Position numbers and translations under genes: made by a program. Of a stretch of DNA of 64,000 nt, positions 22,801 to 34,800 are shown in pieces; the first letter of the stretch is position 1, and each line of letters starts with the position of its first letter. The notes beneath the pieces were generated by a model. That model was not told the origin of the DNA and did not search any database. It worked only from the letters and a program-made list of their open reading frames with translations. The stretch lies in contig NC_086100.1 of NCBI RefSeq assembly GCF_963921235.1, positions 203,982,001 through 204,046,000 on the forward strand. The letters run 5' to 3'. Origin of the DNA: Mobula hypostoma. Its lineage: Eukaryota.

Positions 22801-23549
22801 TTATTGAAACTCCCAACAGAAGGAAGGTGACCCAACTGGCACACGCAAATATGCTGAAGCCCTATTATGATCCTGAGACGGTACCAGTAAGTACTGTTAT
22901 GAAAACAAATGGGGTTGAGGAATTTAATAATGAGGTACAGGATCATTTTACCAAACTGAATATTGTATCAGCAAGACTTGAGAATTCCACTATTTTGAAA
23001 GACCTCACTGATAAGGTTTGTCATCTAGAGCCTGCACAGAGAGAGCAATTGCATGAACTAATTAACAAGCATAAGGATTTATTTCCTGACATTCCAAGAC
23101 GGTGCACCGGTGCAGTGCATGACGTCATTATAAGTTCAGCCCAGCCCGTTAAGCAACATCCTTACAGAATGAACTTAGAGGAAAGCAAAATGGTTTAAAA
23201 AGGAATTGGCTACATGCTGAGAGCCGGTATCATTAGGCCCTCTACCTCAGACTGGGCGTCGCCCTGCGTCCTTGTCCCTAAGCCGGACGGTAGCATGAGA
23301 TTCTGTACTAACTACAGGAAAATCAGTGCAATAACCAAGACAGATGCTTATCCCATCCCAAGAGTGGATGACTGTATTGATAAAGTAGGAAAAGCTAAAT
23401 ACCTTGCAAAGATTGACTTGTTAAAAGGATATTGATGAGGTCCTTTGACAGAGAGGGCTAAAGAGATATCAGCATTTGTGACACCATCTGGACTGTATGA
23501 GCACAATGCTTTACGCTTCGGGATGAAAAATGCTCCAGGGACATTTCAA
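19859..23549 (+). mobile_element. Gmr1-type Ty3/Gypsy internal region, gag-PR-IN-RT order, truncated within RT
   Basis: Gag (LVPPFEE, WP..QW, YELVPEVYRQRFR), frameshifted Zn knuckle FCGKPGHMASNC, protease RDTGA, IN HKMPLGGHFG..CRGCHTC, IQSDQ, YHPESQGALERFH; then RT QHPYR, SDWASP, RFCTNYRK, KIDLLKGY, FGMKNAP. Confidence 0.9.
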
Positions 23550-23659
23550 AGTCGGGTTGAGCGTCAACCTATTAACTCGGCCTCATAAAAACAAGAATAA
23601 CACCGTTATGACGGCACCGTGATGACTCAACTGCCGAGTTAAGGACGATTCATCTTTTA

Positions 23660-24160
23660 TGATCAGAAGGTTAGGTTCTCCCAACTCATGCCGGGAGACA
23701 GAGTCCCCAGAAGGGATTTGGGGCTACCTGGGAAGCATAAGTTGGCTGAACGCTGAGTCGCTTCGCCCGATGTAGTGGAGAGTCAGATGCTAAACGGACC
23801 AGTTTTCAGGGTGAAACCAGAGGACGGGAATGGGCCTGTCAAGATTCTCCATCGGAACCACTTTCTGCCCTTGGGACAAGAGGAGCAGGATGACCCAGAG
23901 CCCGACCTGGAGCCGACACCGAGTAAGAGGATTCTATGGTGATGTGGAGCGACTGAAGGACAGATTATACTGGCCCCGTCTCTGAATTCGATACTGATCC
24001 GACAAAGGCCGGGGTGATAGAAGGAGGAGCAGCGAAGGGGAAACCGTGATCTCCAACTTGTGCACAATAGACTGTTCCATTAAAATGGGCCCTTTCTTTT
24101 GTGTTTTCTTTACCAACCCTTGAGTCAAATTTAAAATTGTAAAGCTCAGTCTGTTATTTA
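23660..24160 (+). mobile_element. Gypsy integrase C-terminus plus LTR fragment (family of the element at 230-1860)
   Basis: GKHKLAER*..GPVFRVKPEDGNGPVKILHRNHFLPLG (GPY/F-type module); 24051-24160 resembles 401-510. Confidence 0.65.
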
Positions 24161-25440
24161 ATAGAAACCATAGAAAAACTACAGCACAGAAACAGGCCTT
24201 TTGGCCCTTCTTGGCTGTGCCGAAACATTTTCTGCCTAGTCCTACTGACCTGCACACAGACCAAATCCCTCCATACACCTCCCATCCATGTATCTGTCCA
24301 ATTTATTCTTAAATGTTAAAAAAGAACCCGCATTTACCACCTCGTCTGGCAGCTCATTCCATACTCCCACCACTCTCTGTGTGAAGAAGCCCCTGCTAAT
24401 GTTCCCTTTAAACTTTTCCCCCCTTACCTTTAACCCAGGTCCTCTGGTTTTTTTCTCCCCTTGTGTCAGTGGAAAAAGCCTGCTTGCATTCACTCTATCT
24501 ATACCCGTCATAATTTTATATACTTCTATCAAATCTCCCCTCATTCTTCTATGCTCCAGGGAATAAAGTCCTAACCTATTCAACCTTCTCTGTAACTGAG
24601 TTTCTCAAGTTCCGGCAACATCCTTGTAAACCTTCTCTGCACTCTTTCAATCTTATTCATATCCTTCCTGTAATTTGGTGACCAAAACTGAACACAATAC
24701 TCCAGATTCGGCCTCACCAATGCCTTATACAACCTCATCATAACATTCCAGCTCTTATACTCAATACTACGATTAATAAAGGCCAATGTACCAAAAGCTC
24801 TCTTTACGACCCTATCTACTTGTGACACCACTTTTAGGGAATTTTATATCTGTATTCCCAGATCCCTCTGTTCTACTGCACTCCCCAGTGCCTTACCATT
24901 AACCCTGTATGTTCTACCTTGGTTTGTCCTTCCAACATGCAATACCTCACACTTGTCTGTATTAAACTCCATCTGCCATTTTTCAGCCCATTTTTCCAGC
25001 TGGTCCAAGTCCCTCTGCAGGCTCTGAAAACCTTCCTCACTGTCTACTACACCTCCAATCTTTGTATCATCAGCAAATTTGCTGATCCAATTTACCACAT
25101 TATCATCCAGATCATTGATATAGATGACAAATAACAATGGACCCAGCACTGATCCCTGTGGCACACCACTAGTCAGAGGCCTCCACTCAGAGAAGCAATT
25201 CTCTACTACCACTCTTTGGCTTCTTCCATTGAGCCAATGTCTAATCTAATTTACCACCTCTCCATGTATACCTAGTGACGGAATTTTCCTAACTAACCTC
25301 CCATGCGGGACCTTGTCAAAGGCCTTACTGAAGTCCATGTAGAAAATATTCACTGCCTCCCCTTCATCCACTTTCCTGGTAACCTCCTCGAAAAACTACA
25401 ATAGATTGGTCAAACATGACCTACCACGCACAAAGCCATG
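24161..25440 (-). mobile_element. CR1 LINE 3' half
   Basis: Minus ORFs with GVPQGSVLGP, KFADDTK, RPNLEYCVQFW, FFTQRVV; tail (TTTCTATGG) at 24161. Confidence 0.92.
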
Positions 25441-25589
25441 GTATTCATTTGTATCAGGGAAACAAATCACGCAGCATCCACCAAACAGGAGGTTTTGCGT
25501 GAGCTTACACCTCAATCTAACACGTTTGGTGGGGCCAGAGATGGTCTTCCCTGGACGTAGGTAGCCGAACGGAACCTGGGTGTTTCACT

Positions 25590-26575
25590 GTCATCTTCCT
25601 ATTGCAGCGAGCTCATTCCCACCCGGATGATGATGGTGGCCTTCTGAGAATCACATTTAAAAAAAAATTCTCCAGTGCCTGCAATTCGATCCAGCCACGC
25701 TATCTGCGCAAGAAGCTGCAAAGGATGGGCGTAGACAAATTCACTACCTCCTGGATTACTGCCTTCCTGACAGATAGATCCCAGTTTGTACCGTTGCGTA
25801 GTTCTCTGCCTGAGCTGGCGGTGAGTGACACTGGAGCCCCACGAGGGACTGTCCTGTCTCCGTTTCTGTTCGCACCGAACACCTCAGATTTTCAATGTGA
25901 CTCTGAGTCTTGTCACTTGCAGAAGTTCTCTGATGACTCTGCGGTACTTGGGTGCATCAGAGACGGCCAGGAGTCGGAGCAGAGAGGACTGGTGAACAGG
26001 ATTGTGGAACAGGGAGGGAGGAATCACGTGATCCTGAATATGCCCAAAACTAGGGAAAGGGTGATTGAAGTTAGGAGGAAGAGGACTGTGACGAGTCCTG
26101 TATACATTCTGGGAGAAGACGTTGCGGTAGTGGAGGAGTACAAATACTTGGGTTTCACCTCAGCAATAGAAATGACTGGAAAATGAAAAATAAGACTGTT
26201 TACAAGAACGGGATGAGCGGGCTCCATTTTCTAAGGAAGCCGAGATCCCTGAATGTGTGAGGCAGGATGTTGGGGATATTTTACCAGTCTGTTGTAGCCA
26301 GTGCAGTCTTCTTTGCGGCTTTATGTTGGGAGAACAGCATCGGTGCTGGTGATGCAAAAAGTTTGGAACCGTCGTTGGCCACAACCGGGTCTCTTTCGAG
26401 TTAGGTCACTAAACAAATGGTTATCCATTACAGACAATCTGGCAAATCCTCTCCATGGCCAACTGCATAGGCAGCGGAGCACCTTTTCCAACAGACTCAG
26501 TCAGCACCGCTGTCACAAGGATTGTTACAGATCTTTCCTATCAAATGTAATCACCATATACAACAGTTCATCTGC
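25590..26575 (+). mobile_element. Rex1/Babar-type LINE RT remnant
   Basis: FSSACNSIQP, TGAPRGTVLSPFLF, CHLQKFSDDSA, YKYLG. Confidence 0.8.
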
Positions 26576-27368
26576 TAACCTGCGAATTAAATTTGTCGAC
26601 AGCACTACATTGATTGGGCTCATCTCAAAAATAATGAGTTGGTCTACAAGGAAGAAGTCATCTCTCTGAAACAGTGGTGTCAAAAAAAAACCTCTCCCCT
26701 CATGTCAAAAAAATCAAGGGAGCTGGTTGTCTATTACAAGAGGAATGGAGACGGGTTAACCGGTATTGACATCAATGGATCTGCGGTTGAGAGGGTAAAC
26801 AGCTTTAAGTTCCTCAGGATTCTCATCACTGAGGAACTCAGGTAGTCAGTACACATCAGACGGTTGAGGAAGTTTGGGATGTGCCCCCAAATCCTTAGAA
26901 CTTTCTACAGGGGCACAATTGAGAGCATCCTGACTGGCTGCATCACTGCCTGGCGTAGGAACTGTACCTCCATGAATCGCAGGATTCTGCATAGAGTGGT
27001 GCGGACAGAACAGCACATCTGTAGATGTGAACATCCCACTATTAAGGACATCTACAAAGACAGGTGTGTTAAAAGGGTCTGCAGGATCATTGGGCACCCA
27101 AGTCGGCACAATCACAATCTACTCCAGGTGCTACCATCGGGGCAACGTTACCGCAGCATAAAAGCCAGAACCAACAGGCTCCGGGACAACTCTTCAGCCA
27201 GGAATGAGACTACTTAACTCACACTTATTTGAGTATATTTCTATATTGCATTGACTGTTCTATTCATTATAAATTATTATAAATTACTATGAATGCACAT
27301 TGCACATTTAGACAGAGGCGTAACTATTTTACTCCATATGTAGGTGAAGGATGTAAGAAATAAAGTCA
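26576..27368 (+). mobile_element. Second Rex/Babar-type LINE 3' fragment
   Basis: KFVDSTTLIGLI, VERVNSFKFL, LRKFG..FYRGTIESILTGCITAW, LPSGQRYRS; AATAAAGTC tail. Confidence 0.8.
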
Positions 27369-27443
27369 ACCTAATACATCTTTCTGCAACAGATAACAGT
27401 TCAATAGTCTCTGCAATATTGTTTCATGCATCACCAGTTTCAT

Positions 27444-30400
27444 ACACCCGCATGGTGTGTTGCCTCCCAGGTGCCAGGGTACGGGATGTCTTAGATCGGG
27501 TCCTGAATATTCTGAAGGGGGAGGGTGAGCAGCCAGTTGTCTTGGTACATATTGGTAACAATGACATAGATAGGACAAAGGAGGAGGTCCTGAAGAGAAA
27601 TTTCCAGGAGTTAGGAAGGAAGCTGAGAAGCAGGACCTCCAGGGTGGTAATCTCGGGATTGCTACATGTGCCAAGTGCTAGCGAGGGCAAGGATAGTAGG
27701 ATCAGGCAGATGAATGTGTGGCTGAGAGACTGGGGCAGGGGACAGGGCTTCAGATTCTTGGATAATTGGGATCTCTTCTGGGGGAAGTATGGCCAGTTCA
27801 AAAAGGACAGGTTACACCTGAACCCGAAGGGGACCAATATCTTGGCGGGAATGTTTAATAGAACTCTTAGGGACGGTTTAAACTAATTTGGCAGGGGGAT
27901 GGGAAATGGAATGACAGAGTGGAGGAAGGGGAAAACAGAAATAAATTTAAGATAGTGAGCAGTAAAGATGTCAGGAAAGACAGGCAGGTGATGGGGCAAA
28001 TTTGTCGCCATTGGGATGAGATGCAGTGCAATCAAGTTGAAGTGAAACCAAAGCGAGAAGTATCCAATACTGGTCTTAAGGTGTTATATTTAAATGCACA
28101 CAGCATAAGGAATAAGGTGGATGATCTTGTCGTACAGCTACAGATTGTCAGGTATGATATTATGGCCATCACTGAGACGTGGCTAAAGGATGCATGTCTC
28201 TGGGAGCTGAACGTCCAAGGATACACGGTGTATCGGAAGGATAGGAAGGTAGGCAGAGGGGGAGGTGTGGCTTTATTGGTAGGAAATGATATTAAATCAT
28301 TTGAAAGAGGTGATATAGGACCAGAAGGTGCAGAATCTTTATGGGTTGAGCTAAGAAATAGCAGGGGTAAAAGGACCCTGATGGCAGTTATTTATAGGCC
28401 TCCAAACAGCTGCAGGGATGTGGACTACAAATTACAACTGGAAATAGAAAAGGCCTGTCAGAAGGGCAGTGTTATGATAATTGTGCGGGATTTAAAATGC
28501 GAGTGGATTGGGAAAATCAGGTCGGCACTGTATCTCAAGAGACAGAATTTGTAGAATGTCTGCGAGATGGCTTTTTAGAACAGCTTCTTGTTGAGCCCAC
28601 TAGGGGATGGGCTGTACTGGATTGGGTATTGTGTAATGAACCGGGGGTGATCAGAGAGATTGAGGTGAAGGCACACTTAGGAGGCAGTGATCATAACATG
28701 ATTGAGTTCACTGTGAAATTTGAAAAAGAGAAGCCGAAATCTGATGTGTCCGTATTTCAGTGGAGTAAAGGAAATTACAGTGGCATGATAGAGGAACTGG
28801 CCAAAGTTGATGGGAAAGACAGCAGAGCAGCAGTAACTGGAGTTTATGCGAGAAATGAGGAAGGTGCAAGGTACATTCAAAAAAAAAATTTGAGTGGAAA
28901 AAGGATGCAACCGTGGTTGACAAGAGAAGTCAAAGCCAAAGTTAAAGCAAAGGAGGGAGCATACAAGGAAGCAAAAAATTAGTGGAAAGACAGAGGATTG
29001 GGAAGTTTTTAAAACCTTATGAAAGGAAACCAAGAAGGTCATTAAGAGGGAAATGATTAACTATGAAATAAAGCTAGCAAATAATATCAAAGAGGATACT
29101 AAAAGCTTTTTCAAGTATATAAAGAGTAAAAGACAGGTGAGAGTAGAGATAGGACCGATAGAAAATGATGCTGGAGAAATTGTAATGGGAGATAAGGAGA
29201 TGGCAGAGGAACTGAACGAGTATTTTGCATCAGTCTTCACTGAGGAAGACATCAGCAGTATACCGGACACTCAAGGGTGGCAGGGAAGAGAAGCGTGCAC
29301 AGTCACAATTACGACAGAGAAAGTACTCAGGAAGCTGAATAGTCTAAAGGTAGATAAATCTCCCGGACCAGATGGAATGCACCCTTGTGTTCTGAAGGAA
29401 GTAGCTGTGGAGATTGTGGAGGCATTAGCGATGATCTTTCAAAAGTCGATAGATTCTGGCATGGTCCAGAGGACTGGAAGATTGCAAATGTCACTCCACT
29501 CTTTAAGAAGGGGGCAAGGAAGCAAAAGGGAAATTATAGACCTGTTAGCTTGATATTGGTGGTTGGGAAGTTGTTGTAGTCGATTGTCAAGGATGAGGTT
29601 ACAGAGTACCTGGAGGCATATGACAAGATAGGTAGAACTCAGCATGGATTCCTTAAAGGAAAATCCTGCCTGACAAACCTATTACAATTTTTTGAGGAAA
29701 TTACAAGTAGGCTAGACAAGGGAGATGCAGTGGATGTTGTATATTTGGATTTTCAGAAGGCCTTTGACAAGGTGCCACACATGAGGCTACTTAATAAGAT
29801 AAGAGCCCATGGAATTACGGGAAAGTTACATACATGGATAGAGCGTTGGCTGATTGGCAGGAAACAGAGAGTGGGAATAAAGGGATCCTATTCTGGTTGG
29901 CTGCCGGTTACCAGTGGTGTTCCGCAGGGGTCCGTGTTGGGGCCGTTTCTTTTTACATTGTACATCAACGATTTGGATTATGGAATGGATGGCTTTGTGG
30001 CTAAGTTTGCTGACGATACGAAGTTAGGTGGAGGGGCCGGTAGTGCTGAGGAAACGGAGAGTCTGCAGAGAGACTTGGATAGATTGGAAGAATGGGCAGA
30101 GAAGTGGCAAATGAAGTACAATGTTGGAAAGTGTATGGTTATGCACTTTGGCAGAAAAAATAAATGGGCAAATTATTATTTAAATGGGGGAAAGAATTCA
30201 AAGTTCGGAGATGCAACGGGACTTGGGAGTCGTCGTACAGGATACCCTTAAAGTTAACCTCCAGGTTGAGTCAGCAGTGAAGAAGGAGAATGCAATGTTG
30301 GCATTCATTTCTAGCGGATTAGAGTATAGGAGCAGGGATGTGATGTTGAGGCTCTATAAGGCACTGGTGAGACCTCACTTGGAGTACTGTGGGCAGTTTT

Positions 30401-30925
30401 GGTCTAATTATTTAAGAATGGATGTGCTGACGTTGGAGAGGGTACAGAGAAGATTCACTAGAATGATTCCGGGAATGAGAGGGTTAACATATGAGGAACG
30501 TTTGTCCGCTCATGGATTGTATTTTTTGGAGTTTAGAAGAATCAGGGGAGACCTCATAGAAACATTTCAAATGTTGAAAGGCATGGACAGAGTGGATGCG
30601 GCAAAGTTGTTTCCTGTGATGGGGGAGTCTAGTACGAGAGGGCATGACTTAAGGATTGAAGGGCGCCCATTCAGAACAGAAATGCGAAGAAATTTTTTTA
30701 GTCAGAGGGTGGTGAATCTATGGAATTTGTTGCCACGGGCCAAGTCATTGGGTGTATTCAAGACAGAGATTGATAGGTATCGGAGTAGTCAGGGCATCAA
30801 AGGTTATGGTGAGAAGGCGGGGGAGTGGGACTAAATGGGGGAATGGATCAGCTCATGATAAAATGGCAGAGCAGACTCGATGGGCCGAATGGCCAACTTC
30901 TGCTCCTTTGTCATTTGGTCTTATT
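27444..30925 (+). mobile_element. CR1 LINE (partial ORF1 esterase + ORF2), disrupted
   Basis: RMVCCLPGARV, HIGNND, DRLHLNPKG; YLNAHSI, TETWL, YRPP, SDH; RT FQKAFDKVPH, FADD; 3' UTR. Confidence 0.92.
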
Positions 30926-30937
30926 ATTACTATCTCT

Positions 30938-33072
30938 AGCAACACATATCAAAGTTGCTGGTGAACGCAGCGGGCCAGGCAGCATCTCTAGGAAGAGGTA
31001 CAGTCGACGTTTCAGGCCGAGACCCTTCATCAGGACTAACGCAAGGGAGAGTTAGAGATTTTATCCGCTCAGGAGATCTCCCATCCACTGCTACCAAACT
31101 TATAGTTCCCACACCTCACACTTCCCGTTTCTACCTCCTACCCAAGATCCACAAACCTGCCTGTCCTGGCCGACCTACTGTCTCCGCTTGCTCCTGCCCC
31201 ACCGAACTCGTTTCTGCATACCTCCACACGGTTTTATCCCCCCCTTGTTCAATCCCTTCCGACCTATGTTCGTGACACCTCTCACGCTCTTAAACTTTTC
31301 GATGATTTTAAGTTCCCTGGCCCCACCGCTTTATTTTCACCACGAATGTCCAGTCCCTATATACTTCCATTCCCCCATCAGGAAGGTCTCAAAGCTCTCT
31401 GCTTCTTTTTGGATTCCAGACCTAATCAGTTCCCCTCTACCACGACTCTGCTCCATCTAGCGGAATTAGTCCTTACTCTTAATAATTTCTCCTTTGGCTC
31501 CTCCCACTTCCTCCAAACTAAAGGTGTAGCTATGGGCACCCGTATGGGTCCTAGCTATGCCTGCCTTTTTGTTGGCTTTGTGGAAAAATCTATGTTCCGT
31601 GCCTATTCTGGTATCTGTCCCCCACTTTTCCTTCGCTACATCGACGACTGCATTGGCGCTGCTTCCTGCACGCATGCTGAGCTCGTTGACTTTATTAACT
31701 TTGCCTTCAACTTTCACCCTGCCCTCAAGTTTACCTGGTCCATTTCCGACACCTCCCTCCCCTTTCTAGATCTTTCTGTCTGTGTCTCTGGAGACAGCTT
31801 ATCCACTGATGTCTACAACAAGCCTACTGACTCTCACAGCTATCTGGACTATTCTTCTTCTCATCCTGTCTCTTGCAAAAATGACATCCCCTTCTCGCAA
31901 TTCCTCCGTCTCTGCCGCACCTGCTCTCAGGATGAGGCTTTTCATTCCAGGACAAGGGAGATGTCCTCCTTTTTTAAAGAAAGAGGCTTTTCTTCCTCCA
32001 CTATCAATTCTACTCTTAAACGCATCTCCCCCATTTCACGTACATCTGCTCTCACTCCATCGTCCCGCCACAACACTGGGAATAGGGTCCCCCGGTCCTC
32101 ACCTACCACCCCACCAGCCTCCGGGTCCAACATATTATTCTCCGTAACTTCCACTACCTCCAACGGGATCCCACCACTAAGCACATCTTTCCCTCCCCCC
32201 CCTGCTTTCCGCAGGGATCGCTCCCTACGCGACTCCCTTGTCCATTCGCCCCTCCCGCATCCCTCCCCACTGACCTCCCTCCTGGCACTTATCCTTGTAA
32301 GCGGAACAAGTGCTACACATTTACACTTCCTCCCTTACCACCATTCAGGGCCCCAGACAGTCCTTCCAGGTGAGGCGACACTTCACCTGTGAGTCGGCTG
32401 GGGTGATATACTGCGTCCGGTGCTCCCGATGTGGCCTTCTATATATTGGCGAGCCCCGACGTAGACTGAGAGACCGCTTTGCTGAACACCTACGCTCTGT
32501 CCACCAGAGAAAGCAGGATCTCCCAGTGGCCACACATTTTAATTCCACATCCTATTCCCATTCTGACATGTCTATCCACGACCTCCTCTATTGTAAAGAT
32601 GAAGCCACACTCAGGTTTGAGGAACAACACCTTACATTCCGTCTGGGTAGCCTCCAACCTGATGGCATTTTTATCGACTTCTCTAACTTCCGCTAATGCC
32701 CCACCTCCCCCTCGTATCCCATCCGTTATTTATTTTTATACACACCTTTTTCTCGCTCTGTCCCTCTGACTGTACCCCTTGCCCATCCTCTGGTTTTCCT
32801 CCCCACATTGTCTTTCTCCCCGGACCTCCTGTCCCATGATCCTCTCATATTCCCTTTGCCAATCACCTGTCCAGCTCCTGGCTCCATCCCTCCCCCTCCT
32901 GTCTTCTCCTATCATTTTGGATCTCTTCATCCCCCTCCCACTTTCAAATCTCTTACTAACTCTTCCTTCAGTTAATCCTGACGAAGGGTCTCGGCACGAA
33001 ACGGCGACTGTACCTCTTCCCAGAGATGCTGCCTGGCTTTGCTGCGTTCACCAGCAACTTTGATGTATGTTG
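30938..33072 (+). mobile_element. Penelope-like element (RT + GIY-YIG endonuclease) with inverted 5' pLTR and direct 3' pLTR; 5'-truncated, frameshifted
   Basis: FYLLPKIHK..GRP, QTKGVAMGTRMGPSYA, LRYIDD, LPFLD, GVIYCVRCSRCGLLYIGE..R..EH; pLTR at 30938-31040 (minus) and 32970-33072 (plus). Confidence 0.93.
31001..31038 (-). ncRNA. Minimal type-I hammerhead ribozyme (canonical core)
   Basis: Minus strand TAGTC-CTGATGA-AGG(GTCTCGG)CCT-GAAACGTC-GACTG: helix I UAGUC/GACUG, CUGAUGA box, 3-bp helix II, GAAA box, palindromic ACGU, GUC cleavage triplet. Confidence 0.75.
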
Positions 33073-33074
33073 TT

Positions 33075-33222
33075 GTGACTCCCTCCCTTCCTTTCCAGTC
33101 CTGAAGAAGGGTCTCAGTCTGAAACGCCGCCTGTTCACTCCTCTCCATAGTTGCTGTCCGCCCCCCCGAGTCTCCAGCATTTTCTGCGCGTTGCTTTGGA
33201 TTTCCGCATCTGCAGATTTTCT
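33075..33222 (+). mobile_element. Older Penelope-related pLTR with decayed hammerhead motif
   Basis: CAGTC-CTGAAGA-AGGGTCTCAGTCT-GAAACGCC; ends GCATCTGCAGA like the other pLTRs. Confidence 0.6.
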
Positions 33223-33229
33223 GCAGTTT

Positions 33230-33660
33230 AAACCAACGCGCATGCGTAGTCATCGCGATCAATCCCGGATATCGCGCATGCGCTAAGTGGACTAGAGGCT
33301 CACAACGGTCGAAAGCAGGTAAGAGCGGATTCTGGGCGCAACTTAATTACCGGCGTCTGAAACGCGACCGAACGACAATTACTGTGATTTCCAGCCTCAC
33401 CGGTGCTGCACCCCCCGACATTGCTAGTCCTTTCCCTCTCTCTCAGCCCCACGATCCGTACCCGGGCCCCCAGGAAGCTTTTGGTGCCGCCGCCAATTCT
33501 GCGGCGCATGCGCATTCCTGGATCTTTCGATGGCGGACAGGGAGGGTTCTCTTCGCGAGGGCATCTGGGTAAAAAGGTAGCCATAGGCGATAGTACCGGC
33601 GTTGTCCCACACAGTCGAAGAAAGTGCAAGCGGATGTATCTGCCAAATACTACCGAGCTC
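33230..33660 (+). promoter_or_regulatory. CpG-rich promoter with three NRF1-type motifs and a candidate non-coding first exon (donor at 33319)
   Basis: Local CpG enrichment in a CpG-depleted background; GCGCATGCG within 33237-33247, 33273-33283 and 33504-33514; CAG|GTAAGA donor. Confidence 0.65.
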
Positions 33661-34334
33661 CAGCTATGTAAATCCGAGGATTATGAACTCGGAACAAAAA
33701 TATAGTTTCCAGTTAATCTCGGGTGAAGAGTTTACCTTCCAGCCTGTGAAAATGTCAATTAGTGCTGTATAGAAATAAATCCTTCCGTCAGATTTAGTTC
33801 TGGGTAAATAACGACATGAAACACCATTGTTATCGATGACAAGTGATTTGTAGCTTTCACATCACAAACTGCACACTGCAATGAGAATATTTGCTGCCCT
33901 CCCCATCATAGTAATTGGCATTGCCATTGATGGGTTCATCATTGTCAATCAGCTGTGGGGAGGGGAACCCAGTAATTAGAAAATCTCCAGGATCAGACAT
34001 GTAGTAACAAGTTCTCTTTGTAGTGTTGTGGAACATGACTAGAACTTGAAATAATACCAAAGGACAGAGACAAATTGAGCCAAGTCACGGGTTGATTGAA
34101 GTCAGAAATAGCCCCTTCTCATACAGACAGGAAAACAGTCAGAGAATTTGATAGTCAGTCAGAATGTCTGATCCTTGCCTTGTTAGAAGATGAGTGCATA
34201 TAGAAACATAGAAATCTACAATATATTACAGGCCATTCAGCCCACAATGTTGTGCCGTCCATGTAACCTATTCTGGAAACTGCCACGGATTTCCCAACCG
34301 CATTGCACTCTGCTTTTCTAAGCTCCATGTACAC

Positions 34335-34800
34335 ATTTACATAAATGTTGCTGGTGAACGCAACACCTTATATTCCGTGTGAGTAGCCTGCAACCTGCTG
34401 GCTTAAACGTTGACTTCTGAAACTTCCGCTAATGCCCCACCTCCCCCTCGTACCCCATCTGTTATTTATGTATTTACATACACACATTATTTTTCTCCCT
34501 CTGTCCCTCTCACTATACCACTTGCCCATTCTCTGGGCTTTTCCCTCCTCCCCCTTTTTTTCTCCCTAGGCCTCCTTTTCTATGACCCTCTCATATCCCT
34601 TTTGTCAGTCAACTGTCCAACTCTTGGCTCCATCCCTCCCCTCCTGTCCTCTCCTATCCTTCAGTTAGTCCTGACAAAGGGTCTCGGCCCGAAATGTCGA
34701 CTGTACCTCTTCCTAGAGATGCTGCCTGACCTGCTGCGTTCACCAGCAGCTTTTATGTGTGTTGCCTGAAATTCCAGCATCTGCAGAGTTCTCATATTTG
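34335..34800 (+). mobile_element. Penelope 3' end (GIY-YIG tail, UTR, pLTR)
   Basis: Resembles 32625-33072; pLTR with mutated hammerhead (CTGACAA, GAAATGTC) at ~34666-34703. Confidence 0.8.
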
